DNA of 64,000 bases from a virus: positions 9,969-73,968 of the IMG/VR virus record IMGVR_UViG_3300030117_004232; one strand, written 5' to 3'. Under the pieces are notes generated by a model. It worked only from the letters and a program-made list of their open reading frames with translations. It was not told the DNA's origin and ran no database searches. The position numbers were made by a program, and so were the translations under genes. This document shows, piece after piece, positions 10,066 through 21,000 of this stretch (position 1 is the first letter of the stretch; the number at the start of each line of letters is the position of its first letter).

Positions 10066-10277
10066 GTGACCGGCTTCGCCTACAACGAGAAGGAATGGAA
10101 TATTTACTAATGACACACTACAAAATGGGGTTGGAAGAAGTGAGAAAATTAAGCGTCAAAGATGCCAAGCAATTGCTGCATTGGGCACAAGCAATGCAAG
10201 GTGAAGAAGAGGCTGCTCAAAACGCAGTGTACTTGGGCTATGACTCTGTGCCACCACTGGAGGGGAGTTTGTGGTAG
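10002..10277 (+). CDS. Tail assembly chaperone C-terminal part (gpT-like), -1 frame
   Basis: Overlaps the upstream gene in the -1 frame; YLLMTHYKMGLEEVRKLSVKDAKQLL resembles gpT-type segments. The true start is uncertain (frameshift, or GTG at 10062). Confidence 0.55.
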   Translation: MASFSGSEAGRIRHFVHGRPVSDRLRLQREGMEYLLMTHYKMGLEEVRKLSVKDAKQLLHWAQAMQGEEEAAQNAVYLGYDSVPPLEGSLW

Positions 10278-10696
10278 ATGGAGATATAGACCCGCGCACA
10301 GTAGAGGCGATGGACAAATTCAAGCAATACAGCCAAGAGGCCAGTCAAAATATGAGGACCTTGCAACAGCACATGGACAAGTTCACCAATTCCATGGCAA
10401 TGACAAAATCACATACAACCGACTTGCGTGAATCGTTGCGACAAATGGGAGCAACTCAGCCTTTCCAGCAGATTATGACACAGCAATCTGTAACTGAAAG
10501 GCGAGTTGCTGGTGGGGCGCAGTCACCCGAAGAGCAGGGTAATGTAACGGTCAATCTGCGAATTGATGTCAGCGGAGTTACTGATAAGACTGACAAGCGG
10601 CAACTGGCAAAGGAAATCAGCGCAATGGTCATGAAAGAAGTACGGGCGAAAATGGGTGGCCCGCTCAATACAAGTGGGTTTAGTCGGAGTGGTTGA
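10271..10696 (+). CDS. Very short tape-measure-like protein
   Basis: Occupies the tape-measure position; helical Q/M-rich N-half and C-terminal NVTVNLRIDVSG...LAKEISAMV typical of TMP C-termini. Confidence 0.5.
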   Translation: MVDGDIDPRTVEAMDKFKQYSQEASQNMRTLQQHMDKFTNSMAMTKSHTTDLRESLRQMGATQPFQQIMTQQSVTERRVAGGAQSPEEQGNVTVNLRIDVSGVTDKTDKRQLAKEISAMVMKEVRAKMGGPLNTSGFSRSG

Positions 10697-13212
10697 GTTT
10701 GGTCAAGAATTACGCTGATGGTGAGCGCGTTCCAATTCGCCTCGTTCAAGAGAACGGGGATGCTATTGAGTTGGATGCCACCAGCATCGACATGGTTGTC
10801 GAGCGCATTCAGAGTAATTTTGGCATTCCGTTTATGTCGGCCAAGAAGTTTGGTATCGATTTGAACCAAGCGGCTGTTATGTTTGAAGTACAGGGTGTGT
10901 TTACTGATGAGGCCGGGCAGGAGGCTACATCTGGTGCAGTAGCCCACATCGACTTTCACCAAACACAGTGGGCTAACCCTCCAAAGCCCGGAGGTAGACC
11001 AAGTGGTCAAAGTTCTAAAGGGGAGGAAAAGCAAGGGACCTATACTAGTTCTGAAGAGCAAGAGTATGAATCTGTAGGGGAAAGGAACTATGGCTTCATT
11101 ATCAAAAGAGATACAACTACAAAGCAACTTTACGACAACTGGCATAAGAAGAAACTCAAATTTCCTGTAGGATATTGGTTGGACCAAGCGACTGCCAATA
11201 CACTCCCGTATACAACCAATCTACAGTTTTGGTTTGATGCAGGGCAGTCTGTAACAGGGGTTGCACACGGTGGCTCTATTTCTTCATTTACAGATAAGAG
11301 TTCCAATGCTTTCACTTTCACTGCTAGTAGCAACCCAAAGTACAACAAGTATGGTGCAAATGGTCGACCTTATGTTTTCTTTGATGGAACAGATGATTAT
11401 TTTAGCATCAGCAACAGTGACGCAATTGATACTGCAATAAATGCTGCAACTGTAACAATTTTTACTGTTGCTCATACTGAAGTTGATAACGGTGATAAGC
11501 AGACTATTTTTTCAACCACTGATAATCCGAACAAAGGTTACGAAGTTTACCATGATATGACAGGTTCTGAAAATCGAGCCGAAGCCACTGTATACAATAG
11601 TGGTGCAGACCAAACAATTACTGGTGATACGGATTCAATTACAACAACTGACCCTGTAATAATCTGCGCACAAATGGCTGCCGGAACACTAGATATTTTC
11701 GTAAATGGTAAAAAGGCTACTCAGGTAACTGGCTCTAACATTTACGTGCCAGCCGATACCAATGATGTTTACCTTGGTGCGCTACATAATGGCTCAACAG
11801 AAGCCGATTTCTTTTCAGGTAGAATCTATGAAACTATCATGTACAGTAGTGCGTTGAGCACAAATGACAGACAACTGATTGAAGGTTATCTAGCACATAA
11901 GTACAACATTGGGTTAGTAGGCGAAAGTGGAAGTGAAGAGACTCATCGGTACCATATCAACGGTCAACACACTTATCTTCCAGATGCTGGTTACGCCACG
12001 GTTATCTTTGATACTCAGCGAGCCCCATCTAAAAATGAGCCGTTTGGCTATCTTAATACTCACCGAAGCACGAGCCTAACCGTTGACGCTGGCGCTACTC
12101 CTACAACCACGAGTTGTAGATTATCTGGCAACATCAAAGAGTGGGTAGAAAGTGGTAACTCCAACAGACCATACAAAATTAGTTTCTTTAGAAGCGGTGC
12201 CCACATCCAAAATACAACCCTGCGTTCTGTAGATTCGGGCGGGACTAATATCACATTTGACCCTATTACAGCCCCTCAAGTTGGTGATGTGCTTCATCTT
12301 GCTCCAGATAATGTCATACAATTTAGTGCTCATTATGGTGAGCCAGCGCTTGTTTTACCACTGCTGAATGCAGGTGACGATTCAACTACAGGTGGCCCTA
12401 CTTATCCAAACTATGCTGATGGAACCACTCGCTTTGCTGGGACTGCGCTTTCATCCCTTAGTACAACTATCACGCGCACGGATGAATACATTGCGCATAC
12501 ATTAGCACAACTACTAAGTCATTCTTCCATTAGTATCGGTGAAAGAGCCGTAAACGACAATGGTGATACTACTATGGACAAAGTATTCTCTACCAGTGTA
12601 AGCACGGCTGGTGATGGCTCTAAGACGCTACTGAAAATTACTCAGGTACACAAGTCAAATTTCGGTCGATTAGGACTAGGTGCGAACATCAGAAGCGGCT
12701 TACCATCAGACAAAACCCCTCTTATCAGAGGATTCACAGGTGGTAAGAGTGGCAAGACTGTCAAGTCCGCAGGTGACAAGGTGCAAGACATTCTAGGTAT
12801 CTTGGGCAACAGCCAGAACTTTGCGTCAAACCATGGTGGGACCATTGGTGACTTTATTGAATCGTTTTCGGGTGCGTTGACCCAAGGTGTATACGATGAA
12901 GCACTTAGTGGAGATTATATCACCGCCATTCAAATTCCATACAATTCGTTAGTTACGTTAGGTCAAAGTTCACTTGACACAGAAGTAGCACAGCGTAACT
13001 TCTTCTTGACTGTAGGTAACGTCAATACTGCACTCAAAACTTCAGTTTCTAATGTCACTCATGCATCCAAGCGATACGCGCCCTACGAAGGGCATACAAG
13101 CGCAAGAAATGGCATTCATGGCATTGTCACTGACTTCAATGTCAAACGAGATGCTGCAATGAAAGCATACGAATTCAGCCTGCAATTTATCGCAGCAGAC
13201 ATCATCATCTGA
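10693..13212 (+). CDS. Distal-tail (Dit)-like baseplate protein 1 with LamG/ConA-like insertion
   Basis: Shares N- and C-terminal core with the next gene; insert LQFWFDAG...FDGTDDYF...FSGRIYETIMYSSALS...IEGYLAHKY is a LamG-like pattern. Confidence 0.65.
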   Translation: MSLVKNYADGERVPIRLVQENGDAIELDATSIDMVVERIQSNFGIPFMSAKKFGIDLNQAAVMFEVQGVFTDEAGQEATSGAVAHIDFHQTQWANPPKPGGRPSGQSSKGEEKQGTYTSSEEQEYESVGERNYGFIIKRDTTTKQLYDNWHKKKLKFPVGYWLDQATANTLPYTTNLQFWFDAGQSVTGVAHGGSISSFTDKSSNAFTFTASSNPKYNKYGANGRPYVFFDGTDDYFSISNSDAIDTAINAATVTIFTVAHTEVDNGDKQTIFSTTDNPNKGYEVYHDMTGSENRAEATVYNSGADQTITGDTDSITTTDPVIICAQMAAGTLDIFVNGKKATQVTGSNIYVPADTNDVYLGALHNGSTEADFFSGRIYETIMYSSALSTNDRQLIEGYLAHKYNIGLVGESGSEETHRYHINGQHTYLPDAGYATVIFDTQRAPSKNEPFGYLNTHRSTSLTVDAGATPTTTSCRLSGNIKEWVESGNSNRPYKISFFRSGAHIQNTTLRSVDSGGTNITFDPITAPQVGDVLHLAPDNVIQFSAHYGEPALVLPLLNAGDDSTTGGPTYPNYADGTTRFAGTALSSLSTTITRTDEYIAHTLAQLLSHSSISIGERAVNDNGDTTMDKVFSTSVSTAGDGSKTLLKITQVHKSNFGRLGLGANIRSGLPSDKTPLIRGFTGGKSGKTVKSAGDKVQDILGILGNSQNFASNHGGTIGDFIESFSGALTQGVYDEALSGDYITAIQIPYNSLVTLGQSSLDTEVAQRNFFLTVGNVNTALKTSVSNVTHASKRYAPYEGHTSARNGIHGIVTDFNVKRDAAMKAYEFSLQFIAADIII

Positions 13213-13221
13213 GGGAAAGTT

Positions 13222-15018
13222 ATGGGCATACCGATTCGACTCAACGTGGGGCCACGGGGGGATAGCACCATCAGCCTCGATGCAGTGAGCCTTGACGTTT
13301 CTGTTGACCGGAACGTGAGCGCTTTCCCTACCCCTAACAATATCCTCAACCGTATGGCGATTGACACAAACGTACCGTCTGTAGAGATTGAGATTGCTGG
13401 TATATTGCAAGACGATGAATATGCACCTGAAACGACTGGCAGTTCCGCAGATTACGGTGACCAGATACTAATGAATTTTGCAGCCACAGCACCTACGACA
13501 AACAATCATTGGAATTACATGACGCATTTAGCATCTGCAACTAGTCGTCATCACCAATTTTTAGAATTTCACATTAAATCAGGCGAAGGTTTTGGCATTA
13601 GTGCAAGTTCTAAAACAATTGATGTATTGGATAGGTATGTAATAGGCGCTACTGAAGATGAGGCATTTGACAATATGGTAGGTAACAAGTTGTTTGACAA
13701 GTATGGTCGTACAATAGGCACGATTAGCGCAGTTACGTTTGCTGCCGACAATACCAGTGCTGTAACCAATCCAGATGGAACCGCTTTGACATTCCAAAAT
13801 GGGCCGAATACCAATCGCGTAGATACCATTACACTCAGTAGTACTGCTATTGCACTTGATGAAGGGGAAATCATGTATTATGGTGTTGTAAGTGCGCTAG
13901 AGGACCAGTGGATTGACAGGTGCTTTGCACTGTATCCTAACTATTGGAAAGTACAAGGGCAAAACCCAGCATACACTCGGCCTGCTACGCCTACAGCAAT
14001 TATCTTCAAATTTACAAGCACAGCCTCTCACTTATCCGGCGGCTCCGCCAGACCCACTATTGTCAACACTGCTAATTCGACACAGGTTCCGGGGACGCCA
14101 AGTAGTGGTCGACATGCTGTAATTGAAATACCAATCGGAGGGGTCATGTATGCTTCTACCAATAACAATCCTGCTAGTACACTGGCACTTTTGGTTAAGG
14201 AGGCCATTGACTTATCTTCAGGCACAAGATTGTCAGTAGAAAGTAAACCACTGATGCCCGGTTTAACCACATCTTATCCTGCCGACGCCTTTGATGCACA
14301 AGTATCGGGCGGAACTGTATTGATTACTCAAAAATATGATTTGGCCAGTAGTCAAAATGTGCAACTAAATGTGTCCCCTAGCATATATGATTCTCCTGCA
14401 AATACCTCCGAAATTTTACGAAATAGGCAATTTTTTGAGGCTCCAAACCAAGCGATTCAATGGGATGAGATAGCACTGTCCGCCTCGACTGTAAGTGCAG
14501 ATGGGAAACAAAAATCTGCGGGTGACAAGGTGCAAGATTTACTTGGCATTATCTCAAACGCAACCAAGGGTCGAGATTTGATTCGGGGCATTCAAATTCC
14601 TTATGATAGTTTGATTACCAGTTCTGGTGTCACTGGCACTGCCCGTAACTTCTTCCTAACCTTTGGCGAACAGAATCTAGATGATAAGGGGTCATTGAAT
14701 AATAATCGAGAGGCATCGTTACCCTTTGTTCCCGGCATTGCGGCTAACGACATTGGTGGAGAGCCTAGTCCTGTTGGCGAATCAAACTGGCTTAGTCAAT
14801 TCGGGTTGGGTGGGGTGGCCAATGCAACAGAGTCCTTACTGTCTTTTACAGGCAATCTCATCAAAGATAGTTTCGTTTCTTTGGCTACTGCACCACACGG
14901 TAACGATGGTGGAATACGAATCCTCCCAGAGAAACTTCATGTGCGATATGATGCTGGGCATAACTACTACGCCTTCAACCTCAAGTTGTTGGCCTCAGAC
15001 TTTGTGATAGGTGTTTGA
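13222..15018 (+). CDS. Dit-like baseplate protein 2 (paralog of the preceding gene)
   Basis: Shared PIRL..G..I.LDA.S.D, KSAGDKVQD.LGI, IQIPY.SL and RNFFLT.G motifs. Confidence 0.6.
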   Translation: MGIPIRLNVGPRGDSTISLDAVSLDVSVDRNVSAFPTPNNILNRMAIDTNVPSVEIEIAGILQDDEYAPETTGSSADYGDQILMNFAATAPTTNNHWNYMTHLASATSRHHQFLEFHIKSGEGFGISASSKTIDVLDRYVIGATEDEAFDNMVGNKLFDKYGRTIGTISAVTFAADNTSAVTNPDGTALTFQNGPNTNRVDTITLSSTAIALDEGEIMYYGVVSALEDQWIDRCFALYPNYWKVQGQNPAYTRPATPTAIIFKFTSTASHLSGGSARPTIVNTANSTQVPGTPSSGRHAVIEIPIGGVMYASTNNNPASTLALLVKEAIDLSSGTRLSVESKPLMPGLTTSYPADAFDAQVSGGTVLITQKYDLASSQNVQLNVSPSIYDSPANTSEILRNRQFFEAPNQAIQWDEIALSASTVSADGKQKSAGDKVQDLLGIISNATKGRDLIRGIQIPYDSLITSSGVTGTARNFFLTFGEQNLDDKGSLNNNREASLPFVPGIAANDIGGEPSPVGESNWLSQFGLGGVANATESLLSFTGNLIKDSFVSLATAPHGNDGGIRILPEKLHVRYDAGHNYYAFNLKLLASDFVIGV

Positions 15019-18000
15019 TATGACGATAATGATTGACCCCGGATACGCGTTGAAATTCAACGGTATCACAGATGGTGTCTTGATTCCAGCGTCGCAGCAC
15101 ACATTGCATGGAACTGATACCCAAGATGATAAGCAGTTGCCCAGTGCATTGAGTTCATTTACGCTAGAAACATGGTTTATCCCTGACTCTGGTGGCTCAG
15201 TGTTTGAGTATGAAAATATCATGCGCTTGACTGTCGGTACACCTTCAAGTCCAGCGCCAGCGCAGTTTGAAATCAATCTGAAGAATATAGCAGCGGGGAC
15301 TATTGAAAGTCACGTTTTGACTAGTGCAAAGCCCGTGTACGGCATTGATGGGTCATTTACACACTGGGATGGAACATTGTTTCCACATCCTGCTCTTGAA
15401 GAGCATAATTCATTCTTGGCCACAGATGCAGGGTCTAATGACCTTACAGCCTTGAATGAAGGTCATAGAGAACTACTGAATGTCACTGTAGTGTTCAATC
15501 GAAAATACATCGTAATGTATGTCAATGGGGACATCGTGGCTGCCAAAGAGTTTGATGAGGACCATGAGGTTGTATTGACGCCTTCTCGGATGTTCCTTGG
15601 CGGGCGTGGTGGCGAGTTCCGAGGAACCATCGAAGCCGTTCATTTGTCTCGTGGAAGTAAGGATTCAGGAAAGGCTGACTTCGCCCCAATTAAAAGTGAT
15701 GATACGATTGGATTGTGGCGATTTGAAGAGCCTATTGAGCCTATTTCTCTGATTACGACTACACCTTCTATCTCTGCATCAACAGGTGCTTCATCATCAA
15801 TTAACATTGGTGCAACCGCAGCACAAGCATTGATTGATGAACTTAGTGGGCAAAGTGGACTCACAGCCATCAATTTCACTACGACCAGCCCTTGGACGGA
15901 TATGGGGCAGTATAGCGTTAAGGTTCATACCGCGACCAGTTTTGCTACACGCACCATACCCAAAGTGCCGTATAACATTCTTGTCAATCCCTTGGGCTAT
16001 ACTTCAACCACTGGAAAAGCAACCAACAAGGCTCCTGAAAGATTGCGACTCATGGCCATCGATGCTTCTGCTGGTACGATTACAGTCGAGTCTATTCACC
16101 TAGACTTTGCATCTAACTCTACAGATGGTCGACGTGGAGCCTTACAAGCGCACGATGCAGGTAGATTTGTGGTGATTACGGGCGATTGCATTGTAGATGG
16201 TGGGAATGGTAACGAGTATCAGCCACAGGGTAGTGGGACGCAGTTTTCACACCGTCAAGGGCAAGTCGTGATTGATGAGAGTCGTTTTGAGAATCACGGT
16301 CTAATGTTCTCTATGACAATGGCCAACCGAGATGTTCCCGAAAACAAATTTTCAGCATACACCACAAACCCCGGCAGCGGATTCCTGATGGGCCACTCTG
16401 GTCGACATACCCTCAATCATGTCAAGAGTCACCCGTTCATGGGTATATTGCCGGTCCCTAGTGATTACATTGTTGACAAGAAAATCGATGCGACTGCTGA
16501 TGTCATTTCTGCAACCTTTGAATCGCAGTACTCAGACATCAAAGACACCGTCCCACCAAACTCAATTGTATCTGCGTTTAGTACTCATGGGCCTGTAAAC
16601 ATCAAACCAACTATACACACGTCATTTGTTACCAGAGTATGTGAAAATGGTATGTCTGATATTAGTGATTCCAGTCGTGGATTGTTGGCTGTTGGCGGAC
16701 CGGGGTTCAATCCTATTCCTTTTGCACTAAAGGCTCTGAACAGCCCAGATGCATTAAATCCAACTGGTAGTGTAGCAGAGCATTTGATTCCTTCTTCTGA
16801 AAGTCGTATTGCTATTCTTAATGTTCCGAGTTTATCAACATACAACTACGCACCGTTTGTTCAAATTCATTACAATGCCATTGACCACACAGGTGCAGCG
16901 TTTACAACTTGCGCAGCATCAAGGATTACTGGAACTTCAAATGCAACAACTGTGACCGTACAGAGCATCAAGTCATTTGGTAAAGATGGAGAAACATTCC
17001 CTGCAAATGAATTGTACATTGGTACTACTCCAGCAAGCACGGCGCAAAAGGCGACGAACACAGTAACACTACATCATGGAACCAAGCAACTTCGGTTTAG
17101 TGCATCAACTGATAGTGCATTCCAATCTGCTGACGTGGCCGATGCAGTTGTAAGAAGATTGATTGGCGGCCCTTCACTCATGGTGACAAAAACTGTCCCT
17201 GATGTAAGTACAATTGTAACAGGTTCAACCAGCATTTTGGATTTAATTCATACTGACTTAGGAACAAATCCACTGGCCGTTTACGCTCCGGGCGGCATAA
17301 TTGAATTTGACATTCCAGATAACTTTCCATTCAATGACGGAGATTTAGAAGGAGATAGTTCTGAAGGAGTAGTAGCAGAAGAGGTGTTGGATTTCTCTTT
17401 GACTCCCGCTGCCTACTTACCATTGCATTCTTCAGATTCCCCGCAGACTACACCTCGATTGATTTCAACAGCGAAGACTGAACTTACGGGTCAAAATTCT
17501 GTATTCAATCGAATAATAGTCAAACAAAATTTCAACCCACTTGGTTTGTCTGAAAATGGAGATTTACTAACTGCAAATACAAGTACAGGGCGGAGTCGCT
17601 CAACTGGTGTATTCATCAATAATGGCGGTGGCTATTCTTCCAGCACCACTGGGGCCATGACTGTCGATGGAAATAATGCCACACATCACATCAAAACAGG
17701 TGACATATTGTACAAATTGGATGGTACTGTTGTTGGTACGGTCACAGGAGTTACATCCACTAGTGTCACTGCAAGTGCTGGGACTTCTTCTGCCGTAGTG
17801 GATAATGAAGAGTTGTTTACTTCACCCCCCTCTCCGACAAGAGGCAATACCAACCAATCAACTGCGGTACACGAAATCTTTGACATTATTGAGCACACCT
17901 CTCACAACGGTAAGGCTCGTCTTATTGTTCAGCCAAGTGACAGAACTCGTTTTAGTCAAGGGTCTAGGTTAGAAGACGTGGCATTTGGTGGTAACTCAGC

Positions 18001-21000
18001 AACTATCGAACATTTACTCAGTCGAGGGCGAGTGTTATCATTTGGCGAAGACAACTATGGGAACTCTACACTGAGGGCGCACGGTTTGATTTCTGACATC
18101 TCCGCAGCCAGTGTAAACGTCAAGGGTGATGCAGCCCCTGATTCTCACATTGTCAAGGAAATTATGCCGGGTGCGCCGGTTGTTGCAGTGACATTGGGTG
18201 GCCCCGGACAAGGTGCCATCAACACCAAAGAAACGTGGCAACCAAGCCCTACTGCAAGATTGGCATGGAATACGCGTCGAGACTGCACGACCCTCATTAC
18301 TGCCTACAATACCAGTACGATTACAGTCAAGGCTCTCAATAACAGAGCAGACGATTTGGCTTCTTGGGGAACCTATTGCTTCCCAAAGATTGGTAGAGTG
18401 TACATCGGATTGAAAGATGATGTTACGGGTAGGATGCGTTACGCTTCGGCGGAATATGCAAGCAAGAATGCAACTACATTCACATTCGATACAGGGGCTG
18501 CCGCTGGAAGAGGAACGGGCCTGTTCCTCGATTTTGACGGAAATGAAGAAGCGCGATTTACAGATTGGTACGCCACAATCATTGCTGAAGCGGATACTTC
18601 TAGCACTGGTTTGGTCGGACTAATGTTATCGATTGACGATAAATTCTCAGAGGAATCAATGTGCAGCGATGGTACCACCATCAATGACCGTTTGTTCCAG
18701 ACACTAGACACTGTCAGTCACGATTACCAATTGGGTAGTCAATATGCGAGTACACGCGCATTGGTCGAAATCCCACTGTTTGAAGAATTTTTCTTTGAGA
18801 ATCACGACAAGGGTGTTTTCCCCGGACCTGACAACAGTATGAAAATTCACATTGATTGTACACATACTGCACACACTTGGGCACCAAACCCAGTTGGGCG
18901 TAGATTTGAAGCCGTATCGCCCAAAGACCCAGAGGTATTTGCTGCGTTTTCATATACGATTGGCAACCAAACGCATCAGCCGGGAACAAAGGTTTCTCAG
19001 CCCTATGATGTGAGTAATCATAGAGTTCACGTAGAAGATTCAGATATATTTCCAATTGCTTCTGCTGCGCCTATTGCAGTGGCTGGAATCAACGGTAGCG
19101 CTCGTTATCGACGTGCCTTCTTGAGTTCAGGAGAGTGGTGCATTTATGTTGCAAAAGACCAGTCTTCTACTGTTTCTTTGGAATTAGCGGGCTCAGCAGG
19201 TGATACTTGGTCAATGTCCAAGAATTTCCTTAGAGACTTGACTGTAGGCGCATTGCTTACTCCTGCACCCGGCTACCAAGACATGAATTATCGGTCGATT
19301 GCGGACAACCCTGAGTTAATTAGTGCGGGTTACGAAGGGCGGCGGTCTTTCTACTATGACCGCTCAAACGCAATGACTCAAGGTGGAAATGTTGACTATG
19401 GACTTCGTCAGTACGTATCGGCTGTAGAATTTAGAGCAGGACCTAAGACAAATCCACATTTAGATAGAATACAAAACAAGCGAGCCCGTTCTAAGGTAGT
19501 CGCCACTACGTCTGGTGGAGGTGGTGTCGTTGCAACCATTACTGTGGAAGATGCGTCACTGTTCCCTACAGATACTCCAAATGCGTTGTATGGTTATCGA
19601 TTGGCTTGGAGAGATACAGGTGGTACGATTCGATATGGTACCTACACTACTCGTAAGCCAAATGCCAACCTCATGACAGTAACTTCTACAGAGACAACTC
19701 ACCCTGCTGTCGGGGATGAAGTATACATTGAGAGCCTATACGCACTGTCTGCATCGACTTGGCCCCGCACAATTGATGGTTTCCTCAGCCGAGCATGGGC
19801 ATATCCCTACGCACCCGGTGGACTACGTGATGGAGATACTGTATGGATGAATATGCACTACACCAATCCACACGCCATGGAAGGCTTGTTCTGTAAAAGT
19901 AGAGGTACTCTGGACGAAGGTAAGGTGTGGACAGGATTTAATGGGGGCATGGGTGCGTTACATGCAACCAATCCGAGAGATAGTATCCCACTGGAAAATT
20001 TCTTGATTGGCAATACTTGTGTCGAAACGGCTCAGAACTTTGTTCAACACGTCAACAAATCAGTTGAACTTCATCATACTGCAATGGGCGTCGCTTCACC
20101 AGCGGATAAAAGCCCGATGGTTGCATATATCGACCCATACCAAAGTACAGACGAATTTACCCGAGTTTTACTGTATGATGTGGCCCACGACCGGGAGTTC
20201 ATCGCCTTCCAAGACCTTTGGATGCAAGTACAATCGAGTGCAGATGCAACCAAGATTGGGGCAGCACCAAGTCACACTGGTGGTGTAATTCTCAACACCG
20301 ATGCTAATTCTGGCTCGTGGTTGGATGTTCCTGCTGGGTTTGCCAGCCAAAGTCCATATCTGAACAGTACAACCCAATCCGATTTCATCGAAACGGCTTA
20401 CTGCCACGCTAGTACTTGGAACGCTTCTAACACAAGCGCTGGAGGTGTCAAAGGTCTGGGTATACATCGACCACAAATCCAAACTTCTTCCTTTGGTGTC
20501 TATGCTCCTAGAACAAATCCAGCAGTAGTTGATTCAGCATCTGCTGCGACTAAACACGATGAGGTTGTCAAGGACCAACGAGAGCAATCTACATTCTTTG
20601 ATACGCCTGATGGTACTCGTTGCATACCTGCTTTCCTTGCACTAAAAGGTATTCGGGCTACTACGTTGGATTTAACCAACCACAAAGAAAATCATTCTTC
20701 ACACGGGCGAGGACTCAATAGTCACCCACACTGGACACAAATGGATTTCACTCGTAGACTGACGATTGATTTTGGTGAAGTTTCACTTAGAGATGGAGTA
20801 ACGGATATTGAGTCTGCTGCTAGAGAAGTTGTACGCATGATTAACCAAGCGGGTGCGAAGAATGGGCGGACGCACGCTCGCCTTCATTCCGACTTTTCGG
20901 CTACTGCATCGACACATGACCCTGCTCCTTTTTGGGCCCCTGAACAAGCGTTTGCTAGTCTTGATAGAGGAACACACATGGGGTATGTTCGTGCGCATCT

